Source: a virus (lineage: Duplodnaviria; Caudoviricetes). From it: DNA of 64,000 nucleotides. The DNA lies in IMG/VR virus record IMGVR_UViG_3300028591_000122, positions 52,457 to 116,456 of that record. The stretch is one strand, 5' to 3'. A program made the translations under genes and the position numbers. Position 1 is the stretch's first letter, and every line of letters starts with the position of its first letter. The notes under the pieces were generated by a model. The model made no database searches. It worked only from the letters and a program-made list of their open reading frames with translations, and was not told where the DNA came from. Positions 10,309-20,500 of this stretch are shown here, piece by piece.

Positions 10309-11124
10309 ATGGACTTAAAAGGAATTGACGTAAGCAGTTACCACGGGGTCATCAAATGGGATAAGGTCAAAGAGTCTGGCATCCAATTTGTGCTTATTCG
10401 TGCAGGCTGGGGAAAGGATATTGTTGACCCAAGATTCCGAAAAAATATTGAAGGTGCGGCAAGTGTCGGATTAAAAGTTGGAGTGTATTGGTATTTGTAT
10501 GGCAAAACCGAAAAGGATATTGTAGCCAATGCAAAGAAATGTCACGAAATGATTTATCCATACAAAAACGTTATTACCTGTGGAGTATGGGGAGTTTGGG
10601 GAAATGATTCCGAAACTTATCATAAGTGTAGAACAAAGAAAGACCGTACAGAATTAGTTCGGTTATTCTTAAATACATTGGCAGAGCAAGGATATAAAGT
10701 AGGATATTATGCAGACCGAGATTACTACCGCAGTAAATTTAACGGAATAGAATACCCTTTGTGGTTTTCACATTTAGCAACTTCGAATGATGTGTGTGAG
10801 CCGTTAATTTGGCAATATGATATTCGTGGAAGAGTTGATGGCATTGTGCCAAGAGTCAACTTAAATATTTGCTATGGAGACATAAAAGATTTTGTGGTTG
10901 TAAAACGAACAATGTACCCGTCCTTAAAAAAAGGTTCGGACGCACCTAGAGTCTCTATGCTCCAATCTATTTTAGCCGAATTGGGTTATGAAGTAGATAT
11001 GACAGGGAGGTTTGACCCTAAAACGTACATTGCCGTTAAGAAATATCAACTCGACAATAACATTAAAGACACGGGAGAAGTTGACGACAAAATGTGGGAA
11101 ATGCTTGTAAGTCGAAAGGACTAA
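10309..11124 (+). CDS. GH25 muramidase-family protein with C-terminal PG-binding domain (catalytic DxE apparently lost)
   Basis: GIDVSSYHG, FVLIRAGWG, VGVYWY, IWQY motifs; LKKGS...LQSIL...AVKKYQ PG_binding_1 pattern. Confidence 0.85.
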   Translation: MDLKGIDVSSYHGVIKWDKVKESGIQFVLIRAGWGKDIVDPRFRKNIEGAASVGLKVGVYWYLYGKTEKDIVANAKKCHEMIYPYKNVITCGVWGVWGNDSETYHKCRTKKDRTELVRLFLNTLAEQGYKVGYYADRDYYRSKFNGIEYPLWFSHLATSNDVCEPLIWQYDIRGRVDGIVPRVNLNICYGDIKDFVVVKRTMYPSLKKGSDAPRVSMLQSILAELGYEVDMTGRFDPKTYIAVKKYQLDNNIKDTGEVDDKMWEMLVSRKD

Positions 11125-11125
11125 T

Positions 11126-11557
11126 ATGAAGTTAGTATTAGATAACAAAACACTTGAAAAATACAATGAATACTACTTTGCTTTACACCCGAAGGCAAAG
11201 AAAGTTCCTATTGAAAAACCGTATCACCCATCAATCAATGTGTGGTTTACTAAAAAGAGAATTGAGATGAATGCTCTTAAACAAAAGTGGAAAGACTTCA
11301 CTGTATGGTGGGTTAACGATTTAGGGTGTCAAGGGAAATTACTTGACAGGTTCACTATGACCATAACTATTTATTTCCCTACTAAAGCGAGACATGATTT
11401 AGATAACCAAACACCTAAATTCATTTTAGATGGATTTACCGAAGCTGGATTTATAGTCGATGATGACGAGAAACACTTGACATCATTGACTTTTAAATCT
11501 GGCTATGACAAAGAAAACCCTCGAACAGAAATTGAAATCGAGGAAATTAAGGAATAA
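11126..11557 (+). CDS. rusA: RusA-like Holliday junction resolvase
   Basis: RHDLDN...ILDG...IVDDD and PRTEIEI motifs. Confidence 0.75.
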   Translation: MKLVLDNKTLEKYNEYYFALHPKAKKVPIEKPYHPSINVWFTKKRIEMNALKQKWKDFTVWWVNDLGCQGKLLDRFTMTITIYFPTKARHDLDNQTPKFILDGFTEAGFIVDDDEKHLTSLTFKSGYDKENPRTEIEIEEIKE

Positions 11558-11569
11558 AAGGAGAACAAT

Positions 11570-12667
11570 ATGGAAAAATGGTTAACAGTAGGTATACCAG
11601 CCTACAAAGCAGAAGACCATATCTGTGATTGTCTAGCATCAATACAGATACAAACAATAAGAGACGAAGTATCAATTATTATTGCAAAAGACAATCCAGA
11701 TGATGATTATGAATTTGTGAAAGAGAGATTCCCTGACCTTGATATTACAATCTTGGATTGTGAAAAGAACACAGGACCGGGATTGGCAAGACAGAGATGT
11801 GCAGATGCTTGTAAGACCGAGTGGATTACTTGGATAGACGCAGATGATGTGTTCTTTACTACGTTCTCTCTTGAATATTTAAAAGGTGGAATTAACAAAG
11901 ATGTGGTTGAAGTTCAAGGTATATTTTACCAAGAGATTACTAATCACCCTAAAGGTGTGAGAACAGTACCCCGTAATGACCTGTTTCATCCATGGGTATT
12001 TGCGAGAATGTACCGTATGGAGTTTCTTAAACAGATGGACATTAAATTCTCTGAATTAAGAGCAATGGAAGACGGAGAGTTTAACTGGAAGATTAGGATG
12101 TCTATTGATGGAAGTCCGTTAAAGATTAACGTAATAGACGCGCCTATTTATTTATGGAGAACTGGTTCAGAACATTCAATTACTCGAATTGGAATAGATG
12201 ATAAAGGTATTGCTCAATATAATTTTGACTTATGTCAATGGGGAGCAACCGTTGCGGCTATCAATGCAGTTAAGTTCTGTCGAAAGAAGAATCCGTTTAA
12301 CGGAGCATTAATCCGTTTTGTTACCGAGATTATGATTGGACAATACTTTACTTATGTAGAATGTCTTGCAAAGAAGCCCGTGTTCGCAGAGCAGAACTTC
12401 TTTAATGCAAAGAGATTTTATCACGAATGCTATCAACAGATAGAGTCGCAGATTGAAGACGAAGTATTAAAGAAGATGTATACTGTTCAGTTGACGGGTA
12501 AAGCGCAGGACCTTATTGATATCATTCCAGAAATTACATTCTTTGATTTTATGGACAGAGTAAGAACTGAAGAATATGGTGGCGATGAAGAGTTCAAGAA
12601 GATACGTGCTTCGTTGCCCGAAGAAGTAGTTGAGAATGATAAAAAGACTGGTGTCGCCATTTATTAA
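11570..12667 (+). CDS. Glycosyltransferase family 2 (GT-A)
   Basis: TVGIPAYK, NTGPGLARQ, WIDADD, MEDGEF motifs. Confidence 0.85.
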   Translation: MEKWLTVGIPAYKAEDHICDCLASIQIQTIRDEVSIIIAKDNPDDDYEFVKERFPDLDITILDCEKNTGPGLARQRCADACKTEWITWIDADDVFFTTFSLEYLKGGINKDVVEVQGIFYQEITNHPKGVRTVPRNDLFHPWVFARMYRMEFLKQMDIKFSELRAMEDGEFNWKIRMSIDGSPLKINVIDAPIYLWRTGSEHSITRIGIDDKGIAQYNFDLCQWGATVAAINAVKFCRKKNPFNGALIRFVTEIMIGQYFTYVECLAKKPVFAEQNFFNAKRFYHECYQQIESQIEDEVLKKMYTVQLTGKAQDLIDIIPEITFFDFMDRVRTEEYGGDEEFKKIRASLPEEVVENDKKTGVAIY

Positions 12668-12715
12668 AGGAGTTTTGTACGAATCTATCTTTGGTGATAG
12701 CAAAGGAGTAAACGG

Positions 12716-13156
12716 ATGATAGAAATTATCAGAGAAAGGGGTATGGGCAAAACCCGTACCCTTATTGATTTAAGTGAACAATCTGGTCTAACTATGATTG
12801 TGCCTGACCATTGTAGAGCAAATCATATAGTCAAAGAAGCACACGCATTGGGAAAGAAAATTCCTGAACCTATTGTGTGTTCACCCGATGGTCTGCGTGG
12901 TAAATCAAAACAACGATATCTTGTAGATGATTTGGATGCGTGTGATTATCTCTCTAAAATGATTCCGTATGCAGAAGATATATATGCTTATGCTATCAGT
13001 ACGGAAAATATTATGCAGATGAGAGTCCGCATTGACAAATTATTACAACAGTTACAACAGGACCAGACTTGCATCTGTATGCAAGAGATGGAAATCAAGG
13101 AACTTAAAAACGAAATACGATTACTTAAAAAGGAGAAAGAGGATGTTAGTGAGTGA
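12716..13156 (+). CDS. Hypothetical protein with truncated P-loop-like motif and coiled coil
   Basis: RERGMGKT and YLVDD motifs. Confidence 0.5.
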   Translation: MIEIIRERGMGKTRTLIDLSEQSGLTMIVPDHCRANHIVKEAHALGKKIPEPIVCSPDGLRGKSKQRYLVDDLDACDYLSKMIPYAEDIYAYAISTENIMQMRVRIDKLLQQLQQDQTCICMQEMEIKELKNEIRLLKKEKEDVSE

Positions 13157-13688
13157 ATTTATAGAGGGTTATAAAAATTTACATAAGACAGAAGCACAAG
13201 TCGATTTCTGTCACAAACATTTGCGTAGGACATATGCTCCTATTGCGGAGAAGAATGGCGTACTTAAGAGGTTAGTAAAGGCTTGTGAAACGACTAACGC
13301 AAATGGTATTAAGTATATTGATATGGTGTGTAATAAAATGAATTTCACACACGCAATTATTACTCTTTATACGGATTTAGAGTTGACGGACACTAGCGCA
13401 ACTCAAATCATTGATAACTACGATGCGTTTCAGGAACTTGAGATTATAGATGTGTTCTGTGACCTTATTGGAGAAAGAGAGGTTAACGAACTTATCTTAA
13501 TCAATAAGAACGCGATAGATACTTGGCACGAAGAAAATTCTTCTACTCGTGCTTTTGTTTCTGATTTAACAGACAAAGCCGTAAGGACTATTGTAGAAAT
13601 GTCGGCTTTGATGAAAGAAACCATAACTTCCGAAGACCAAGAAAAATTCAGTGAAACGCTCAAGAGTTTTATTGGCATACAGGAATAA
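13143..13688 (+). CDS. Hypothetical tail-region protein
   Basis: AGGAG/GAGG RBS before ATG 13143. Confidence 0.55.
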   Translation: MLVSEFIEGYKNLHKTEAQVDFCHKHLRRTYAPIAEKNGVLKRLVKACETTNANGIKYIDMVCNKMNFTHAIITLYTDLELTDTSATQIIDNYDAFQELEIIDVFCDLIGEREVNELILINKNAIDTWHEENSSTRAFVSDLTDKAVRTIVEMSALMKETITSEDQEKFSETLKSFIGIQE

Positions 13689-13746
13689 CTCTCTCTACCA
13701 AGTGTAGAGCTGAACCCTGTCTTTGGCATAGCCATTGACAGTTTTT

Positions 13747-13850
13747 GTGTGATGGCGGAATAGATTGTAGACGCTAGGTTGTATATCAACACCGAGGTTA
13801 GTAGAGTTGATGCTACGGGACTATGTGGGGTGCGAATCCCCACTCACACT
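13747..13850 (+). ncRNA. tRNA-like RNA with non-canonical central arm
   Basis: GTGTGA/TCACAC acceptor stem, Leu-like D-arm TGGCGGAAT..GTAGACGC, T-arm GTGGGG-TGCGAAT-CCCCAC. Confidence 0.6.
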
Positions 13851-13878
13851 ATAAGTTTTAAAGAAAGGAGAAATAATT

Positions 13879-14469
13879 ATGCAGAGCCAAATTGATTATG
13901 TTGCCAAAAGGCATACACAAGATGTTTCTGATATCATTGACAAAGATGTAGATAAAATTATTCGCAAAGTCAATAACGATATGTATAAGGAAGCAGTAAC
14001 GATGTATGATAGTTTTGTTCAACAATTTTATTTATATGAAACCACTTCATACGTCAGGCACTGGGAAGGAAGACCGGGAACTGAACAAGGTCAAAATCTT
14101 TATTTCGGAAAAGACATTCGTAAAGTTTCCCAAAAACCTAAACTGATAATTTATCTCCCGAAAGATTCAGGATATGTACCAAACGGTGGAGGTCAAATGA
14201 GTGGACCGATGGAAGATGATTATCGGTTCAACACTGCGGAAGAGGTATTGAATTATGTTTTTGGAGGAATTAGATTCCCTAAAAATATAAAACAAGGCAA
14301 AAAATCGTGGACTCTTAAAAGCAATTTAATGTGGTCTGGCAGTTACAATGGCGAATATTTTTCTTGCCAAAATGTAACTATGAGACAAGCATTTGAAATA
14401 TTTAATAAAAATTTTGATACAATAGCGGCGAAATCTGCTAAATATCATTTAAAACAAATGGGATATTAG
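13879..14469 (+). CDS. Hypothetical protein upstream of TMP (possible neck/tail component)
   Basis: Strong RBS; FY.YE.TSYVR motif; synteny. Confidence 0.5.
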   Translation: MQSQIDYVAKRHTQDVSDIIDKDVDKIIRKVNNDMYKEAVTMYDSFVQQFYLYETTSYVRHWEGRPGTEQGQNLYFGKDIRKVSQKPKLIIYLPKDSGYVPNGGGQMSGPMEDDYRFNTAEEVLNYVFGGIRFPKNIKQGKKSWTLKSNLMWSGSYNGEYFSCQNVTMRQAFEIFNKNFDTIAAKSAKYHLKQMGY

Positions 14470-14493
14470 AACATTTCCTTTGTGAATTCCCAC

Positions 14494-14536
14494 TCACGGC
14501 AACGTTCTAATACTCTTATTTTATATGTTGCTGTGA
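14494..14536 (+). promoter_or_regulatory. Stem-loop immediately 5' of the TMP RBS
   Basis: TCACGGCAACGT pairs with ATGTTGCTGTGA (G-U allowed). Confidence 0.45.
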
Positions 14537-14555
14537 CGAAAGGAGAACAATTTCA

Positions 14556-17500
14556 ATGAATAATATACATGATTACTCGGAATTACGTAAACAAATTAAA
14601 GCAGAAATAAGTGATGCGGTTTTTCAAGCATCAAGAGAAGGAATTTCCGATGGTTTATCTAAAGCGGTAGAAAAACAATTTAAAACCGAAGTAGGAGAAG
14701 TCAATATAGATTTAAAGGACTTGTCCAAAAAGGTTGCCGATTCAGTACAAAAAGCAGTCGTACAAGGAATCACTAAAGAAAAAGTAAAAGGCATAGATAT
14801 TTCAGATATCATCTCATTAAATTCTAAAGATATCCTTAAAGAAATTGAAAAGATGGTTGATGAAGAAGTAACTCTGACTGCAAAGGGAGCCAAAAAAATG
14901 CTTGCCGCAGTATCTTTGGCTCAATCCAAGGGTATAAGTAAGGCTCAAATTAATAATGCGTTGAGCCAGACAGGATATAAAGGGGCAGGTGGAAAAGCCA
15001 CTTCGATGTCCGATACTGCCTACGAAGAATATTTTAAGAATTTGAGGTCCACAGCTCGTTTGTCTAAAACTGATGCTGAAATATTTGGTAAGAACGTTAT
15101 TGATGTCGTAACCAAAATTAACTTTAAAATAGACCAATTAGTTGAAGATACCATTACGGACTACTCTAAAGTTACTTCTTCGTTGAAACAAAATATTAAA
15201 GCGGAAATGGACGCATTTAATAAAGAACTTGAATCTTTGAGTTCAAAAGATTTCGACAAAGTAATGGATAATCCCCGTTATTACGAGATAGAAGACAAGG
15301 TATCTGCGGGAATTTTGTCTGCTAAAAGAGCCATGGCTATGCTTTTAGAGGAAACCGACAGAACCATTGGACATGAAGTAGTGAAACTGGAACAATTGCA
15401 GGATTCCGTGGAAAATACATCTGGTGCTGTAAAAGAGCAAGAGCAAGCGTTTGAAAAAGAAAGCGAAGCAATTAACAAAGTAGCCGACAAGGTGGAAAAG
15501 CTGGAAAAGAAAACTAAAAAAGCCCAGAAAGAGATAGTCAAAGCCACGGAAAAAGTTTCGGAAGTTTCCATAAATGAAGCCGATGAAGTCGCTAAAGGAA
15601 GCAAATCTCGCAAAAATAAAAAAGACGTTGCAGAAGCCGTAGAGGAAATGAAGCAACAAACCGAAGAAACAAAAAAGACCGTAATTGATAAAGGTGTGAG
15701 CGGTATTCAAACCGAGGTCGAAAAAATTGTTGAAGCCGAAAAAGATTTTTCTAAAATAAATGAACAAATTGTTACATCTTCTAAAGCCGTGACTCAATCA
15801 CTGGAAGAAGAAACTGCTGTCATTAAAACAGCATCTAACGAATTTGAAAAATATGGAGATAAGTTAGATGAGTTTTGGAAAGAAAAGAGTCGTTTAAATT
15901 CGGCTGATTCTAAAGGCATCGAAGAGATGTATGACTATCAATGGAGAATAGAACAGGTTGCGAATGGTCAACTTTCTGGAAAAGATGCAATATCGTTGTT
16001 AATCGAAGATTTGCAATTGGCTCGTGAAGAAGCGATAAGAACGCAAAGAGAAGAAATAGAAAAAGAGAAAAAGGCTTTACAAACCGTTCTTGAAGATGAG
16101 GAGATGCTCGATGCATCATCTCTCTCTTACAGTGATGATGATGACTGGTTTTTCGGTGTTTCAACTCCAAAAGTAATTGAACAAATTACAGAGAAGACCA
16201 GTGAACTTAATACTGAATTAAAAGAGACTGATAATGTTGCGCAGGCAATTACCGACGATGTGCAAAAGACGGTCAAAGAAGTTAAGGCAATGTCGGGTCA
16301 AGAATGGCTTAAATTCAGTTCTCCATTTCAGGAAGCACAAAAGATTACGCAACAGTTTATGTCTCAATCCAAATTAAAATCCAAGCAGACTGCTCAAGAT
16401 TTGGCTTTAGAGATAGAATACCAGATTAAAAATATGCTTAAAGGGAGTGCCCCGGATTTTAGAGAATCTTCCATACTGCTTGCTAGTAATAAAGACAAAA
16501 AAATGGCTTGGGAAGATTTCGGCTCCCCTGAACATAGAGCTGTAAGAGACTATATCAAGAGTTCTTCTGGGGTGTATATTAATGAGCAGATTAAAGGAGA
16601 CCTTGGAGATAATCTGAAACGCTTGAGAGAACTTATGGGATTTGGTAAGGTTAATACTAAAAATAGTTCTCTTATGGGTGTTGATGTTTTCTTGAGAGAT
16701 TTGAATAGTGTTGCTCAAACTAGTTTCCAGTCTATCCGAGAATTATTGGATTTTTTGGAAAACAGTCCTACGGATTATGATGTGCTTAAGCAATTGTCGG
16801 AGAGTGGTTATTTTACCGACGTTGAAGAGAAACTTAAAAATAGAATTGACGATTATATAAAGAATTATTCTAGACTTAATGATGAGCAAAAGCGAACATT
16901 GAAAAATCGTGATGAGAACATTCACAGGCAACAGGATAATAGAAAGACTCTTTATCAAGAAGAAAAGGAAAGAGAGAAGAAATTACAAGAAACTCTCAAT
17001 ACTCAACAAGAAGAAACTGTTCAGACTGTTGATAAACAAAAAATCTTCGAAGAGCGCATGAATGATATTTACGAACATCGTATCTCTTTAAAGAAAGAAG
17101 ATTTGGCTCTTCAACAGAGGTATAATGATTTAGTAAAGAGAGAAGAAGAGCTTCGAGCTACGCAGGCTGTGTATGAACAACAGATAGGAAACAGCCTTAG
17201 CGTAGACGCGCAACAGGAAGCTATAGAAAAGTATAACGACACATTAACCGAAGCAAGGAATAATTATACTACAATTGAGCAGATAGTAGGAAGAATTAAT
17301 AAAAAATCCGAAAAGCCTTTGGAGTCTTTTGGGTTAACAGATAAGGTGCGTTTAAGCGCTACAATGATGGCGTTGGTAGAACGTTATAAAGAAATAGCGG
17401 GTGACAATTACGATGTTAATCAGATAGGTGGACAAAAGACAATTAATGCTTATTCCACTTACTATGGAATGACTCAAGACAAAATCGCCGATGTTGCTAA

Positions 17501-20500
17501 ACAATTAGGAGAAGTTAACAAGCAGTTACTCGAAATTGATAAAAACAAAAAAGAAATCGAGAACACGCGGTCGCTCTCAAAGGTAGAATCTGATATTACT
17601 AAAATTGTCAATAAAGCAAAAGAAGCAGGCAAATTCACTTCGTATCAAAAGAAAAGATTAACCTCATATATTGACGAGTATGAAAATCTCGGAGGAAATC
17701 CTTTTGTATCTCAAACGTTTTCCGAGGGCAAAATTCTGTCTACCAACTTAGAAGAAATGTTTGCGAAAGAATATACCGCACAAGACGTTGCGGATTCATT
17801 CAAGAGAAAACAAGAAGCAGAAGCCTTAGCAAAAAGAAAAATGTCTACAAAAGATGTTATTTCGTTATTGAAACAAGAGAAAAAAGCCCAAAACGAAATA
17901 ACGGAGGAGATTCAAAAAACCGAAGAAGCCACTGGTCAATTAAATCAAGAGATTAAAACCACCCAGCAGGAGACAGAGTTTACTCAAAAAGAACTCGCAG
18001 AATTGGTAGAAGAATATTTCCCCGACAATAAAGTCTCAAACAAAACTGGACAACTTTCGTTAGATGATTTAATGAGTGCGCATTTTGCAACACCGAAAAA
18101 TGCACCACAAATAGAATCTCCGAATATAGCGGATAACAATCAAATCGTACAGCAAATCAATGTGGTTGATACAGACATTAAAGCAATAGGAAGTGATGTA
18201 TCAAAAATTGTAAGCAGTACCGAATCAGACACTCCTTCTCCCATATCTGATGATGTGTCTCGAATGATAAAAGGTTGGGTTGAAGCAGAGAATATAATGC
18301 TTAAATCCGCAGAATCTGTAGACGGTGTTACGAGAGAAAGAGGGGCATTCGGAAGTCGAAAGAATGGGGCGGTCACAAACCCGTATATTTTCGGACAAGA
18401 AGAAGAAGTATCTGCTGAGTTAATTGCCGAACTGCAAAAATTATCAAATGTTCTTGAAGATAAATTCTCCATTCACTCACACCCCATGGATTATGTCGTT
18501 CCTTCAGGAGCAGGTGGAGATTTAGAGGAATATCAAACATCTGGACCGGGATTAATTGTCGGAAGAAAGCAGATGGCATTTGTCAATCCTCTCGCAGTAG
18601 GGGAAAAAGTATATCAAAAGATTATTGATGATTTCTCAAAAATGACAAAGGAGAACCTTGGTAAAGAATTTAAGAATGAAATCAATGCAATTGTTGACAG
18701 AGTTAAAGCCGAGCTTGGACATTACGATGAAAATGACCCCGATTATGATAAAAAAGAGGAACTGTACGAAGATAACGTATATACTCTTCTCAATCAATTA
18801 GCCTTAAAGAAAGCCTTTGACAAAAATGCTCCCGAAGGTGTTGAGTTTTCGGATTTCTTTAAGACATTAGATTATAAAAATCCTGAAGACTTATCTCTTG
18901 CTGATATTAACAACTTCTTGGGAATACAGAATACGGATAATACCTATTTACAAGATATCGCTGATGCAGTAAGAAAAATCCTTTCAATCATAAGTTCTGG
19001 AAAAATATCATTAACTCCAGAGAATGAAATGATTGGTGAGGGAACGGGCTTTAAATCTTTAGTTCCTATTGACCGTGTTTCTACTTCCGAGACTACACCT
19101 ACTTGGGCTACTGGATGGCAGAAGCAAAACGCGGCTAATAAAATATCTCACGCATCAAAATTCAACGATGATTTCGCTAAATACAAAGTATCGGAAGAAC
19201 AAGGGGATATGTCTGACCTTGAATATGCTCAAAAGTTCTATACGGAGTATCTTGAATGGTTGGAAGAAGATTTAGCGAACGCCGCCAAAGAAGACAAACG
19301 AGGTAAGAGAAATTATATCAAGTTTGTTAAGGAGCAACAGAAACTTAATAACCAAAGAATTAAAGAAGCAGAAGAACTAAACAAAAATCAAATTGAGTTA
19401 GAAGAGCAGAAGAATGATTTAGTTGATAAAGAGATTAATGCCGAAAAACAAGCAGAGCGCTTAATGCAAAGAAGAGATGACCAGATAGATGAACTTGCTA
19501 AAAGATATGCTAATAAGCAGGCATCAGAATATGGCTTGGAACAGAAAAGGGCAGCCGAGGAAGAATATAAAGCCAGAGCGAAAGGCAGACAGCAAGAAGA
19601 AAAGGAATACATAACGAACCAAAACAGACAAGCAACAGCTACAAATCTTTGGTCTCGAATGAATAATTTTCTTCTTAACGATAATCTTGTTGATGATTCT
19701 GTTCGTCAAAGAGTTGAAGATATGGCTAAACGCCTTGAACAAGTCAAAGACTCTGCTCGCATTACCAATAAAGAATTTGCGGAAATCAAAAATGAATGTA
19801 CCGAAATTTCTATTGAAGCACAGAAGAACATTAATGATACTGCAAAAGTAAATGGACAACTCAAAGAACAGCAGAAGATTCATCAGCAATCAGTTGAACA
19901 ACAGAGAAAAGAAAATCAACTTCAAACAGAACGCAGTAACGAAATCAATAAAATGGTTGCGCAGACCAAAGTTCTCAGAAGTCAACAAGGAGTTTCTTCT
20001 CTCACCCAAAACGTTTTAAATGATTTTGTTCATAAACTCAGGGCTATTCAACAACAGGGCAATATTACCAAAGACGTTATAGATGGCTTAAATCAAGAAT
20101 TTAGACAGTTATCTAAACAGGCAACCGCAGACATTAATACCGAGAAGCGACAAAGCACGAGTGAAAACAAAACTCGTATGAAGCAAGTTAATTCTATGGT
20201 TGCTTCCCTTGAAAAGTTGCTTGATAATCAAGATTTTACGCAACAGTTCCGAGGACCTGCCGATGATTTACTTAATAGATTAAAACAGATTCAAACTCAA
20301 GGACAGATAACTGTTGATAATTTTGATGATATTGAAACCGAATTTAAACAAATCAATGTTCAGGCTGAAGATGTTGTAACCAAACAGCAACAGATGAATA
20401 ATCTTGCTCTTGAGTTACAGAAGATACAGAGTAGCAAGACACAAGGTAGAAATACATACGCGTCCGCTTTTCTTGAAGAGATTTCAAAAGCAGAGCAGTT

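Noticed and set aside
13032-13156. Programmed -1 frameshift of a tail chaperone in the ORF overlap
   Set aside because: Downstream ORF is in the +1 frame, has its own RBS/ATG at 13143, and there is no proper slippery heptamer
13831-14497. 17-bp imperfect repeat of the tRNA-like 3' end (TGCGAATCCCCACTCAC vs TGTGAATTCCCACTCAC) as attL/attR of an inserted element
   Set aside because: Only 15/17 match, no integrase, and the enclosed gene looks like a core pre-TMP gene; kept only as a curiosity
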